A DNA stretch of 64,000 bases from assembly GCA_010405405.1 (NCBI GenBank), contig MU004237.1, positions 2,243,345-2,307,344 of the forward strand. Reading direction: 5' to 3'. This document shows, one piece after another, positions 46,818 through 58,283 of this stretch; within the stretch, counting starts at the first letter, position 1; every line of letters begins with the position of its first letter. This stretch comes from Microthyrium microscopicum (lineage: Eukaryota). The notes below the pieces were generated by a model that saw only the letters and a program-made list of their open reading frames with translations, searched no databases and had not been told where the DNA came from. A program made the position numbers and the translations under genes.

Positions 46818-48275
46818 ATGGCGTTGCCCAATCCTGCCATACCAGACGACCAACCTTTCCAAGACGAGTCTATGGATTTTACCTTTGACAGCTTGACTGA
46901 AGATCTGGGCCAGGTTGAAATCTCTCCACCAGCTTCACTCCAAATTTTTGAAGAACTACCTGAGTCCTACGATCCTCGCATACACTGGCTAGATGGCCAC
47001 TCACCACCCCACCCATACTTTGACAGGGCCGAAGAGATCCATTCCATCGTGAGCGAAATAAAAAATCGCCTGCTCTTCCATATTCTCCAGGGCTGCAAAC
47101 TGCTTCTCCAGCGCGCCAACTGCCACGGCCTCCTGGAACAATTCGACTCCAACGCACATGTCTGGAAGGCTGTAGTTTCTGCACAAAAGTACTGCAACAA
47201 TTATCTCGCTACCCGTGCTGAATGCCGCGAGACTTACCTCCCAGCGTTGAAGGCCAATCCGAAGCTCTTTAGCACCATTGCTACCTTCCTTTCCATGGAC
47301 CGTAATGCGCTGCGCGCAATCAACTATGGCTTTCACCAATACGCTTCAGACCCAGAGATGACCGTCGAATATGCCAGCGAGTTCGTTGCGCCACGTAGAA
47401 TCGTCGCCCTGGGACCGAACCATGTCGCCGTACGACACAAAGATTTCAACAAGGACGCGACACAAATACTGGGCTATCTCGGGGCTCTATGGAATCTGCG
47501 TGATCTAGCGAACATGGCCACCGCGGCGCTGGCCCCGGAGATATATGGATCGAAAATGTTTCCTCACATGTCCAGACTACCACCTCAGCTTGCAGCATTG
47601 ATCAGAATCCCGGCATCTCGGCCCGCAACAGCTGATAGCCCGAGACAAATTCCATACGCAGATGGCCAAATCTTCAACGAACTGCTGCCACCATTATTCA
47701 GAGACGAATTGGCATTGGTTCAGCGAGGCGAAGAAACGCACACGTACGAGTCCTTGACGATCGACATGGCGGAAGACCTGGCTGAATACTTGCTTGCTCG
47801 AGGTTTGATAGAACATAAGACAACGGGCGCCGTACTGGAACTGGATGAACCGATTCCCACACATCATCTCGCAATCTTGGTACAGAACATATCATACACA
47901 CTACCGGCCATCGAGATGGAGCAACGTGTATTCACGCGAGGAGGATATCGTGATAATGGAACAGATGAGATGGAAACTTTGTCGATAGAGGAACGTATTG
48001 AGTTTCTGGCAGCTTCGCGGAAGTGGAAGTATGAAGAGATATCCGGTACCATCAGACTTCGTGCTCAGAGATTGGCATATCGAATGATAGCTGAGGAGAA
48101 GCTGAAGACGTGTCAGCAGGCATCTAATATGGGCGAGGCGGCTGTGCTCAGAATGATCATTGATGCACTGGAGTATGCGAACTGGGAAGCGGTGGTACAG
48201 AACACTGGCGAGGCCATGAATCTGTGGAAGATCATCGGTGATTTGATCGGCAACAATGAATTGCGGTCAGAATGA
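46818..48275 (+). CDS. Hypothetical protein (485 aa, no recognised domain)
   Basis: Long intronless ATG ORF in good context (GCCATGG) with protein-like composition; no family motif recognised. Confidence 0.7.
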   Translation: MALPNPAIPDDQPFQDESMDFTFDSLTEDLGQVEISPPASLQIFEELPESYDPRIHWLDGHSPPHPYFDRAEEIHSIVSEIKNRLLFHILQGCKLLLQRANCHGLLEQFDSNAHVWKAVVSAQKYCNNYLATRAECRETYLPALKANPKLFSTIATFLSMDRNALRAINYGFHQYASDPEMTVEYASEFVAPRRIVALGPNHVAVRHKDFNKDATQILGYLGALWNLRDLANMATAALAPEIYGSKMFPHMSRLPPQLAALIRIPASRPATADSPRQIPYADGQIFNELLPPLFRDELALVQRGEETHTYESLTIDMAEDLAEYLLARGLIEHKTTGAVLELDEPIPTHHLAILVQNISYTLPAIEMEQRVFTRGGYRDNGTDEMETLSIEERIEFLAASRKWKYEEISGTIRLRAQRLAYRMIAEEKLKTCQQASNMGEAAVLRMIIDALEYANWEAVVQNTGEAMNLWKIIGDLIGNNELRSE

Positions 48276-49281
48276 ATCTCGACGATCGTGGTCCGTGGAA
48301 TTGGGAACAGTAAATATTGCAATAAGAAGTCAAGATACACCATTACAGTGTTTCGTGACACATTGTATCAGACATAGATAAAGAGAAATACTCAATCGAG
48401 AGAGTATGAAGAATTTTCAATCCAAGGAACCATTGATAGTGTCTAAGGGATATCATTTCAGCAACTTCTTGTTGTCTTGGAAGAGCTTGAAGTTCGTGAG
48501 TCTCCTCTTTTCCAGATGTTGCCATTCAATAAGAGTATTTCTGTCTTGCCTCCTCGTTTCCAGCTTCAAGTCGGCAATTGCAACTGGTTGGTACAGCGAA
48601 TATCTGCTCGATCGAGCAATCATCCTTGTTTTAGGCGTCAGAAGTCGAGCTTAATAGGTGTCAGTCGAAGATTTCTTCTCAAGATGATGACATGAAGATC
48701 AAGGAGTAAGACAAGAGGGTACAGATCAAGACGAGGCAGTGAAATGTAGTAGCGATGCAAACGAAGAATGTGATAAAATGGCGCTCAATCAACGAGCAAA
48801 ATAACTGGCGAGCCCCGCCAGCTTCGATGGCTGCCACCGGCGCTACTAAGCAAGAGGTGCTATATTTTCCATCAGATTCGATAAATTGTGCCAGTGTGAG
48901 CGCCCTTGACAGTAAAAAAAGCACTCGATACCAGAGCGTGGTGTGTGGGATCCATCCAAGTTGATGGGCGCAGGCCGGTTCTTATAATGCAATAATGGTG
49001 TTCATTATAGGCGAACCTATCGCACCAGAACTCGTTCACCACCAAGGGTTTGGAGAGAGGAGGTTGAATCGTACCTCCTCCTTGAATCCCTCCTGCTCAG
49101 TTCTTGGGACCAGTTCCTTCACCCGTCCATCTACCTCTCCATTCAGCCCACCTATTTGAAGTTGCCACTGAGCAAAACCAAACTCTCGCTCCTTCAACCT
49201 TCTCCATCTTGCGCATCCATCAAGTTCATCTATCAATCACCATCGCGACAATCGCCTTGATTCCATCAAATATCATAAATT

Positions 49282-50646
49282 ATGTCGTCTCCACCAGAAT
49301 CTCCCCTGTCCGATATCTCCTCCGAGGAACTCCCGGAAGACATCCCACAATCCGCCCGCTCCATTTCCATCTCACCATTCCCCGAAAGCCGCCCTGTAAA
49401 GCGTCAGCGCGTGAGTGCAGGAGGTAGCAACGCCCATCGACGGCAATCCGCAATGCAATCTCATCCTACTGCCTTTGCAGACCATGCCGATGATGCCTCT
49501 GTCATGGTCGCTGGTGTGCCTAGTGACGTGGACATATCCTCAGATACGGAAGGCAGTGTGCCAGGCTCCATCCATAACCTACATCTTGGTACACTAGACG
49601 AGGACGACGACAAGGCTGCTGCAGGAGGAAAGGAACAAATCAGCCATTGCCGATGGGAAGGATGTGAAGCTGGCGATCAAGGAAACATGGACCTCTTGGT
49701 CAAACATCTACACGATGAACACATTCATGCGCGTCAAAAGAAGTACTCCTGTGAATGGATTGATTGCCCTCGCAAAGGAATTGCACATGCCAGTGGTTAT
49801 GCTCTACGTGCTCATATGAGAAGTCATACTAGAGAAAAGCCATTCTATTGCACTCTACCTGGCAAGTTTCTTCCTTATTAGACGGGAACTTTTGCTAATT
49901 GAACGTCAGAATGCGACCGATCATTCACAAGATCCGATGCTCTCGCCAAGCACATGCGAACAGTCCACGAGACTGAAGCTCTCCGTCCATCCGATCCTGT
50001 CCCTAAACATCATTCCTCAAACCCCCAGAATAAATCCCAGCGTCTACGACTTACATTCAACAAATGGTCCGCAGGGTCAAACAATGGTAAAGATGATGAC
50101 GCCATGACTGCCTCATCGAAGCAAAAGGAGTCACCACTTTCGCCAACCATACCCACGATCGAAGACATAGACTATGAAAAAAACAACGCAACTTTCACCC
50201 GTGATCCTGCTACCGGTGAATGGATCCCCCACTTCCCTGACGACATTAGCTTCTCTGAGAAAGACCTTGCCTTGGGACCTGCCAAGCTCTACCAAAAGCT
50301 CAAATACCAGTACCAATGGGCCTGCGAAGAGCAAGACGAGCTCACCCAGCAGATCGAGGCCGCCGAGAAAGTCCGCAAAGCCGAATGGATGGCCAAAGAA
50401 CTTGTCCTACAAGACGTGATCGACATCGAAAAAGCTATTGTACCTGACGACGATGATATGACCATCACTAAGACCGAGGAGGACATGGACATTGATGCCG
50501 ATCTTGATGAGGAGCGAGAGATGAGCATGGATCCCGACGAAGACGACGACCAAACCCATCTCGATGATTCAGTAGTCGGTCTCCCGCCGTTGCCGTATGG
50601 TAGCCCAGCTCAGACTTGGTCTGCTCCCGTAGCGCAAGAAGGATAG
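49282..50646 (+). CDS. iec1: C2H2 zinc-finger protein, INO80 subunit Iec1-like
   Basis: CRWEGC..HLHDEH, CEWIDC..HASGYALRAHMRSHTREKPFYCTLP|ECDRSFTRSDALAKHMRTVHETEALRPSDPVPK, coiled C-terminus W.AKELVL. GC-AG intron 49862-49909. Confidence 0.8.
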
Positions 50647-50835
50647 CATAATTCTACGCGCGGGAATGACCGAGCTCAGGCTTCTCCAGTTCCACCGGCG
50701 CGTGGAACTACTCCAGTGACTTTTTTGGATCCCAATTCTACCTATGCGGTTGTGGACGGCAAGAGACTGACTAGAATGCATCTTCAATACCGGCCTAAGC
50801 AGTAGAACTTCGATAATGGCCAGCGCATCCATCTA

Positions 50836-51111
50836 ATGCCACTGCAGTCGATGGCACAGATCGCTGGCGATGCTGTCCCGACCTCGAATTCAGAACTTCG
50901 TTCAAGCACGAAATTGACCGTTTCCACCGGGAAATCTGGACAAGAATTCGAAGAATTGAAGGATGATCACAAGATCAAGGGCAGAAAAAAGCCGCCGGCC
51001 ACGGCTGAGGCGCTTGAAAATAAGAAAAGAGCAAACAGGGAGAGAATGAAAAATAATTATTGGAACAAACGTGGTTGGTTTCGAAACCCATTGACAGGCA
51101 TATGGGAATAA
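50836..51111 (+). CDS. Possible small basic protein
   Basis: 91-aa ATG ORF with Lys/Arg-rich C-terminus (KKRANRERMKNNYWNKRG); no family recognised. Confidence 0.25.
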   Translation: MPLQSMAQIAGDAVPTSNSELRSSTKLTVSTGKSGQEFEELKDDHKIKGRKKPPATAEALENKKRANRERMKNNYWNKRGWFRNPLTGIWE

Positions 51112-51344
51112 TGATAGCATGTCATGGCAGCCAGCGTAGTCTTTGGGAAATATCGTCACTTCTAGTCCCTAAGTCAATACTTTTGTGGGACTGAAAGAAG
51201 AACATCCGATAGCTTTCAATGATTACTTTATTCCTATATCGCAATATCCAGTGCCCACCTCTATACAAACATCTACTTTTCCCCTACTGCTGGCCATGGC
51301 CATTGCACCCCATACCAATACCCTCTCCTACAGCCACGATGTAC

Positions 51345-51969
51345 CTATGTCTCCTTCAATCCCTCTGCCCGTCCCTTCTTGTCTCCAAACGGAAACTTGC
51401 TCGTCCGTTTATCCTTGCCCGTTCGCTTGCTGATATGTCCCACATCACCACCGAACATGACCGCCCACATGCCCAGCGCGAACAAGTTGCCACTGCCAAT
51501 CAAGCCCAGCATAAACATCGTTCCGCGACTATCAGCATACGCCGTGTACGCAAGGAATGCAGAGCCAAAGTGGAACATGGTGGTGATGATAGTTATTGGT
51601 GAAGCATACGGGTTCACCGGCGTCTCGGTGCGGGTGTTGACGGGTAGGACGCCGGAGAGGAAGAGAGCGGTGACTGAGAGACTGAGGAGGGAAAGCGCGA
51701 GGGCGCGGGCAAGGTAGAGGGAGAGATCTAGATTGTTAGTTAGGAGGTTGATGGAGGAGTTGTGAGAGGTTTGGAGCGTACCGGAAGTTGCATCTTCATG
51801 GTGGGTGAAGAGTGGGAGTAGGACGGTTGGTGTAAATAGTAATGGGAGTGCTTGGATGGCAAGCCAGCCGCTGGTGGCTAGCGAGTAGAAGGTGAACCCC
51901 TGTCATTGTTAGTGATGGAGACCTATGAGATGGAAGCTAGAAGCTGGAGGTACTTACGTCCATGTCCAT
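51345..51969 (-). CDS. Conserved fungal small multi-pass membrane protein (SKRTG.DKRTS.FPF C-terminus)
   Basis: MDMD|GFTFYSLATSGWLAIQALPLLFTP..LYLARALALSLL..NPYA..FALGMWAVMFG..HISKRTGKDKRTSKFPF. One intron near 51900-51957. Confidence 0.8.
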
Positions 51970-52698
51970 GGTGAGAGCTTAAAGAGACTAGAGGAAGCTT
52001 AAGGGTGATGGTTTAGATGGTCAATTGATGAATTCGGACTTGTGCGGATGAGGTGGTGCTTTGAGAAAGGGTAGAGAAAGTGGTACGAATGGTGTTTGCA
52101 TGGGAGAGAGGCTGGAAGGAGGGTGGATCTTGTATCCAGGGATTATGTCATACATCGCCAGATGCTTGGCACGGCCCTATTTTGGCGTTGGGAAAGACTG
52201 TTCCTTGCGGGTGAAATGGGCAAATTGACAAGCCAATAATATGATCTTAAGCGTAGCCTAAATGATCATTGTGAACCAGTCTGGTACACTAAATAATCCT
52301 GGTGCATATCATTAATATTATATAGCATGGGGAGCTGCTTGGCTGTTCCTGATCGATTCGAAAGAGATCTGTGACTCCACCAATCACAGGCCTCAGCCTT
52401 GCCACCCTCAGCCTTATCAGCTCAGACGAGCTTCTTGCTCATCTACAATTGATCAATCGGCCAATAATTATGTACTATGCAAACAAATTTGATGGCAAAG
52501 TTGAACTGCGCATGTTGGTGTGTAAGTGTGCTTTATAATATTGCTTTCTTGACACAACAGTCAGAGCTAAAGGTGATTTTCAGCAGATGTATTAAACAAA
52601 CTCCTGTATCTGAGCCTCATGCTCTCCATAACCCGCAATGCAATCGACCACAATGGTCTCTTAGATTCATCTAATTTACTCCTGTGTCTTTATTGCAC

Positions 52699-53160
52699 TC
52701 AAAAAGAAGCGAATTCTTGAACCCAATAAGTCCCTTCAGCTGCATTCGCCGCTGCGACTCCAGTCTGAGAATAGCCACAATTCAGAATGTTGGCCTTGTG
52801 CTCAGGACTCTTCATCCAGGCGTTGAACGCCGCTGCTGCGTCACCCCCTAGATAAATGTTTTCTCCAGCAGTCTTCCAGATATAACCCGTGGCGCTAATT
52901 CGGTCCGTAAAGCCACTGCCATCCGATCCCTGATGACTGAAGAAGTGATTCGTAGCCATGTCGTTTGCCTCACGCGCGGCGGCAGATGTAAGACGGCTGT
53001 CTGGGGTCAGGGTCTGGCATCCGGCCTTTTGACGTTCGCCGTTGATGAGGAAGATGACTCCGTTGGTGTCTTGACGTCGTTGAAGCTCGGCAGCTGATTC
53101 GACGGGAGTAGCTGTGGCTATAGTTGCGAGGGCTGAGAAGATTACTGTGGATAAAAGCAT
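52699..53160 (-). CDS. Secreted CAP/SCP protein, bacterial (YkwD/actinobacterial)-type domain
   Basis: Signal peptide MLLSTVIFSALATIATA, propeptide ending LQRR, then LINGERQKAGC..DMATNHFFSH..AGENI..WMKSPEHKANILNC..YWVQEF. Intronless. Confidence 0.9.
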   Translation of the reverse strand: MLLSTVIFSALATIATATPVESAAELQRRQDTNGVIFLINGERQKAGCQTLTPDSRLTSAAAREANDMATNHFFSHQGSDGSGFTDRISATGYIWKTAGENIYLGGDAAAAFNAWMKSPEHKANILNCGYSQTGVAAANAAEGTYWVQEFASF

Positions 53161-54288
53161 TTTCCTTATGGTTGATGATGTATGGAGGTAAATTTGACGT
53201 ATGTAGGATGCCACAAGTAAGACGGTGTATAGGGAGCTGATGACAGGTTAATGACCTTGTAAAAAGGTTGCGTATCCCTCTTTAAAGTTCTGTAAAACGA
53301 GATTGACTTTATACTTCTCGAAAATTCCCAAAACATTCGAAAATCACAGTCCGCCATTGCACGTGTGTCGAATGGGCATCCTGTTCGATGAATACCGACA
53401 GCTGAAGTCGCATGCACCATGACTTGTAATCCCACATTTCGTAGGCTCAGGAAGTTGATCAAATCCTTCATGTCTTGGTGTTTAGCCCATCAATACGCCA
53501 GTAAACAACTGAATCTGTACAATGGGGTCTCCGGTCCGAGCGCATCTCTTTGACCGTTGAAAAAAACGGAACGACCCGCGAGATCTACATAACTTGATAT
53601 GTGATTTGGGAAGGTGTGATCTGTAGGAAGGATCCAAATCTTCATTGGATTCGCCAAAGCCGAAAGGAGCCAGAGCAATTGTTGGTAATTTCAGTTTCTG
53701 AATACAAATCAGAAACTTGGCATTGGAGATAATCCTTCTTGTGAAGAATGGAATCACCCCGAAAACAGAGTGCGAAATTGGACAAAATTGTGCTACCAGA
53801 TTACTTCGATTTAGCTTTAGTCTATTCGAGTGTCTTGTGCCTGTATGTTCTTGAACGCTGAATTCATAACTCAATACGAGGTGGATTATTGCCTAAATCC
53901 TTTGCGCGTCGGATCGTACATAAGATGAAGTCTGATTGGCTTCAGTCGTACATCTCCAACAACACTAAGCTTTTTCGTTAGCACCTGGTTCTGAAGTACA
54001 CTTGGCTTCCCTCTAATATGAGATCTGGACGTGGCGCCCCTTGTAAAAAAGGTACAGCCATAGGTTAGGAACTTGAGAGTATACAGTTGGGCGTAATGAA
54101 AGTTTGCGATACTCAAGATAAAAACCAAATATGAGCATAAGGAGGAGATTGAACAACAGATCTAGGAACGGGTGTCAATTGGACAATTAATGCCCTCGCC
54201 TCTAATATCTGATTAACAGCTGTTGGAAAACACAGTTCAGCAAATCCAATCATATTCAGGTACATTCGCAAGTGATTACAACGTTTAA

Positions 54289-55375
54289 TCATACTTTCAT
54301 GGCATCCAGAGTTGCACGAACACCAGCAAAATCAAGCTCAGTCATTGTCTCGTCCCACAAGCGCTGAATAGCCACTTCACCCTCGGGTATATACAAGAAA
54401 GAAGCAAAGCTAGGAGGAATGTAAGCGAAATTCTGAGTTGGGATGAAGAAGCACTTACGGATGAGCTTCCCAGCTCATGAGAAAACATCCATGTGACTCT
54501 TTGCCCTTTGTCACGACTGCATCAATGTAGCATGATGCGCCATCTTTCACACTCCTGCCGGCAAGAGCTCCAAAGATCTTCATGCCAACCTTGGCAACGC
54601 CCTGAGCATCGCGATGGAGATCGGTTCCACCAACCCAAGCTGGATCAGCAAGGTTGACAATGACATCGTCGGCTGAGACGTAGTCGACCAGCCTCCAGAG
54701 AAACATCTGCACCAGTACCTTGGAAGTCATGTATACTTCACGCGGGTCATAGGTTTTAGAGTCATCGAAGGATGGAAGCAATGGATTTGCATTCCTGTTT
54801 GGGAATTTCGCAGCTAGAGTCAAGGCAGCGCTGATAATGGTAAGATGTGAAGGCTCGCCGTTGACTGCGCGCCTCGCCTTCAGGACTGGAAGCAGAAGTA
54901 TGGCCAGAAGAACAGTCGAGAGGTAATTAACTTGTATTGTCTCTTCGTGTCCGGTGGCTTTGACAGTATCAAAGCCAGCAGTGCCAATGACACCTGCATT
55001 GAGTATGGCAATGTCGACGCGCCATGACTGGCTGTCAACGCGACTCGCGAATGCCTGAATAGAATCATAGGAGCTCATGTCCAGTTCCCAGACCTCGACT
55101 TCGGCTTTGGGATATAGTTGGCGCAGCTTTGTCGCGGCAGATTCGCCCTTTTCCAGAGACCGTACTGCCAGTATGATATGCGATAGGCTTAGACCTAGAA
55201 GCTGAATTGCTGCTTCATACCCAAGTCCCGTATTGGCTCCAGTGATAATGGCCGTCTTGCCTGCTAGGCTTGTGGTGGGAGCTGGCCATTGTGGTTTGGC
55301 ACGGAATTGATTGTTGATGAAGATGGGCAAATAAGACGAGGCTGTTGACGGAGGTAGGTCCTTTGAGCCGACCAT
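54289..55375 (-). CDS. Short-chain dehydrogenase/reductase (retinol-dehydrogenase-like)
   Basis: TGANTGLG, LDMSSYDSI, ILNAG, catalytic YMTSK. Intron near 54410-54458; last exon RLWDETMTEL, stop at 54289. Confidence 0.9.
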
Positions 55376-55881
55376 GATGAGTGCAATGCACAATTGTTGT
55401 TTCTGGGCAAAATTGAAAATGAGATCATAAGTTTGGCGCCATTCTAGAAGTCGAGGAAGCGAGCTTTATACTCACGAAAGAAGCAGTTGCGTGCTTAGAG
55501 TTGGTTAGCAGAACATTGGAGCATCTGCATCACTCAAAAGTTTGGACATTATATTCCATTTGAGGAATAGCTCAAGAAGTTGGAGATGCGTACAGGGATT
55601 AAGATCTGAACCATGCCTAAAAGAGTTTACAATATCAGACTGCATGGGCCCCAGAGCGATCAAATGTGGAGATCGGACCTACGGCTAGACTTGCCGCAAT
55701 TGCTGTAGAATAGGAGGCGCTTCTGCGCGGTCCAACTCCAGTCTACTTTGCACTTCGTCTTTACTACTCTGAATGCAATCGGGCCACTTGGAAGGCGCTT
55801 CAGCTTGTCTAAGGCGATTGCGAAACCCGTTCCGTTGCTGAATTCTGGATGCAGAATGCAGATGCCGGGAGGCTTCACACT

Positions 55882-57588
55882 ATGGCTGCTGCGGCCGCCC
55901 AACGGCCAGGTGAGCAATCATCCAGCATAACCATCCAGACAGAGCATCATCTCATATGGATCCTTCATTGGAGTAGCAGAACTACAATTTCTCGTGTCCA
56001 CGGGTGTAGAGAAGCCCAATGAGAACTTGCGCAAATTCATCCGAAGCCACGTCATGCTTGGAAAGAACAAGGGAAAGAAGCGACCCATTGGCAAAAAGAC
56101 AAAGGATACGACGAACCATGAATCCTCTTCCAAGTCTGAGGGGCCGCGTACAGCTCGTTCAGGCACGTTGGTTCCTGATGTAGTACTCCAACAGCATTTG
56201 ATCCCATCAACCACTGATTCTCGTCAGCTTACGGTACCTGCGAAATTCGGATGGGATCTGGCTCCAATAACTTTCCCCGACGCAGTGGAAGCTGGGACCG
56301 TCGATATATTTCTGAAATGTAAGATCATCAATTCTTTTTCCTACTACGCGTAAGTGGCTTATACTATCAGTCTCGTCTATCGCTAAACAACTCCTCTTTC
56401 CCCTGGAGTCGTGTGTGTTTTTCGAAAATAAAGCCAAAAGCTGGATAGCACCACTGACTTTTGATGCTGTTTTCATGCATACCATGATATTTATGTCACG
56501 TTCCTACTTTGATTTCCACATCTCTGGCAGATCCACCGCTATCAGCAAGGGAATATTACATCACTTCACAAGGGCGCTCAGGCTTCTAAGGGAGAGATTG
56601 TCTGGTAGTGACGACCAAGCCATGCTTTCAGATAGTAACATGGCTGCCATCATGGCCTTGAGCAGTCATGCTCTTTTGATCGGGGACGTCAAATCAGCAA
56701 AGAACCACCTTGAAGGACTACACAAAATAGTTTGTATACGAGGTGGCCTATCCAGCTTCTTACTCAACCCAAAGCTTTTAATTGACATCATGAGGTACAA
56801 CTTCCTATGTCAAAAAGCTATTGCATCATCTAAACAATACTGACCGGTGTAGATGCGATATTGGCATGGTACTTCACCATGGCTTCGATCCCATATTTTC
56901 CAAGGACAACGAATTCTTGATGCAGTACCCAAACCTCACACAGCTTCTGGAGTTACATGAGCCTTCAAACTCGGCTCTTCAACGCGAGAACGATGAGCTT
57001 CTCGATGGCCTGGACACTGAATTATGTCATGCCTGGGGAGCAATATCCGAGTTCTGCTCAGTGATTAACTTTGTCGCCGGATCCAAGCAGTACATAAGCT
57101 TGAATATATATCTGGAAACCATGGCATCGGTGATGTACCGTCTCTTGAGTATGTCCTTTGACTCTGGCTCTGTCAATGAAGCAGTCCGCCTTGGTCTACT
57201 CGCGTTTGCTTCCAGCGTGTTCCTTCAGTGGAAATCATTGGGGCTATCTTATGCGCACCTCACCCATGAGTTCAAAAGCTGCCTGGTCAGACTAGCGCTC
57301 TCTCAACCACCTTCGCGGCTTTACCTCTGGCTCTTGATGGTGGGAACTGTTTCGGTCCTGAATCCTGTTGATAATGCATGGTTGAAACCATTGCTGGCTG
57401 CCAATTTGGCCTCTTTGGAACTCACCTCCTGGCAAGAGATGCAGCCAATGCTGAGCTCCTTGCTATGGATCAATAAGATACACGACAGTCCCGCGAGGAC
57501 CGTATTTGATTCTATCATATTTTACAGTGGAAGCGCAAGTATCCAAAAACAAGATGTTCCCGTCGATATAGAATATCAAAGCTTCTAG
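55882..57588 (+). CDS. Fungal-specific transcription-factor-like protein (IRSHVM motif, no Zn2Cys6 cluster seen), about 4 exons
   Basis: Spliced ..ELQFLVSTG..RKFIRSHVMLGKN, D.VFMH, ALRLLRERLS, HLEGLHKIVCIRGGL, RCDIG, LWLLMVG, LLWINKIHD. The start could be 55849 instead. Confidence 0.72.
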
Positions 57589-58283
57589 CGATAGGGGGTC
57601 CGTCATGAATCAACAAAATTGTTCTTTGCTCCACTGAAGAAGTTGATGCAAACAATTGGCAGGCACAACTTGTTCATATCTTGTCGCCTCTGTGGCTCAA
57701 GAGTTCAATCGCGAAAAGGTGGAGTTTTGATACCAGCAAAAAGGACATTTTGAAGCGCTAGGCCCAAGCTACTGGATTTTGTGGCTTAAAGTATATTAAC
57801 CGCGATATCCATTCAACCAATGAGCTTGGGTCTATCAACTTTTATACCAGCGCTTAAACATATTGTATGATTCCACTTGCTCTGTTGACTGAGAATTTCC
57901 ACAAGAGAAATTGCCAGTATCGAAGATTCGACAACTCCGGGAAGCCCAAAGGTTTGTCGAATCAAAGATGCAGGTGGAAACCATACAAAATGGAAACTAG
58001 CCAGTTAACTGCCAAGAGTGTGTTCCACAGCCTGGTGAGGAGAACCTTGAAGCTATTCTAGCCCATGAATCTCGCGGAGCATGTGCCAAATAGAGCTCTA
58101 GGTCGAGATTCGAGAAGTAGATTTTGTTGGTTGAAGAAAGTGGATCGCGGAATGAAGCGAGCATGGAAAGGATCAAAGGAAATCAGGAATAAATGGAGGC
58201 AGGTACCTGTCTTTAAGAAGTTGACGACTACTGCCGACATCATTCCGTGGTATCGCATCCTGTTCTGTGTGCTGGCTTTCAAG

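Noticed and set aside
48340..48960. Possible gene remnant downstream of the orphan ORF
   Set aside because: Only short interrupted frames with no family signal.
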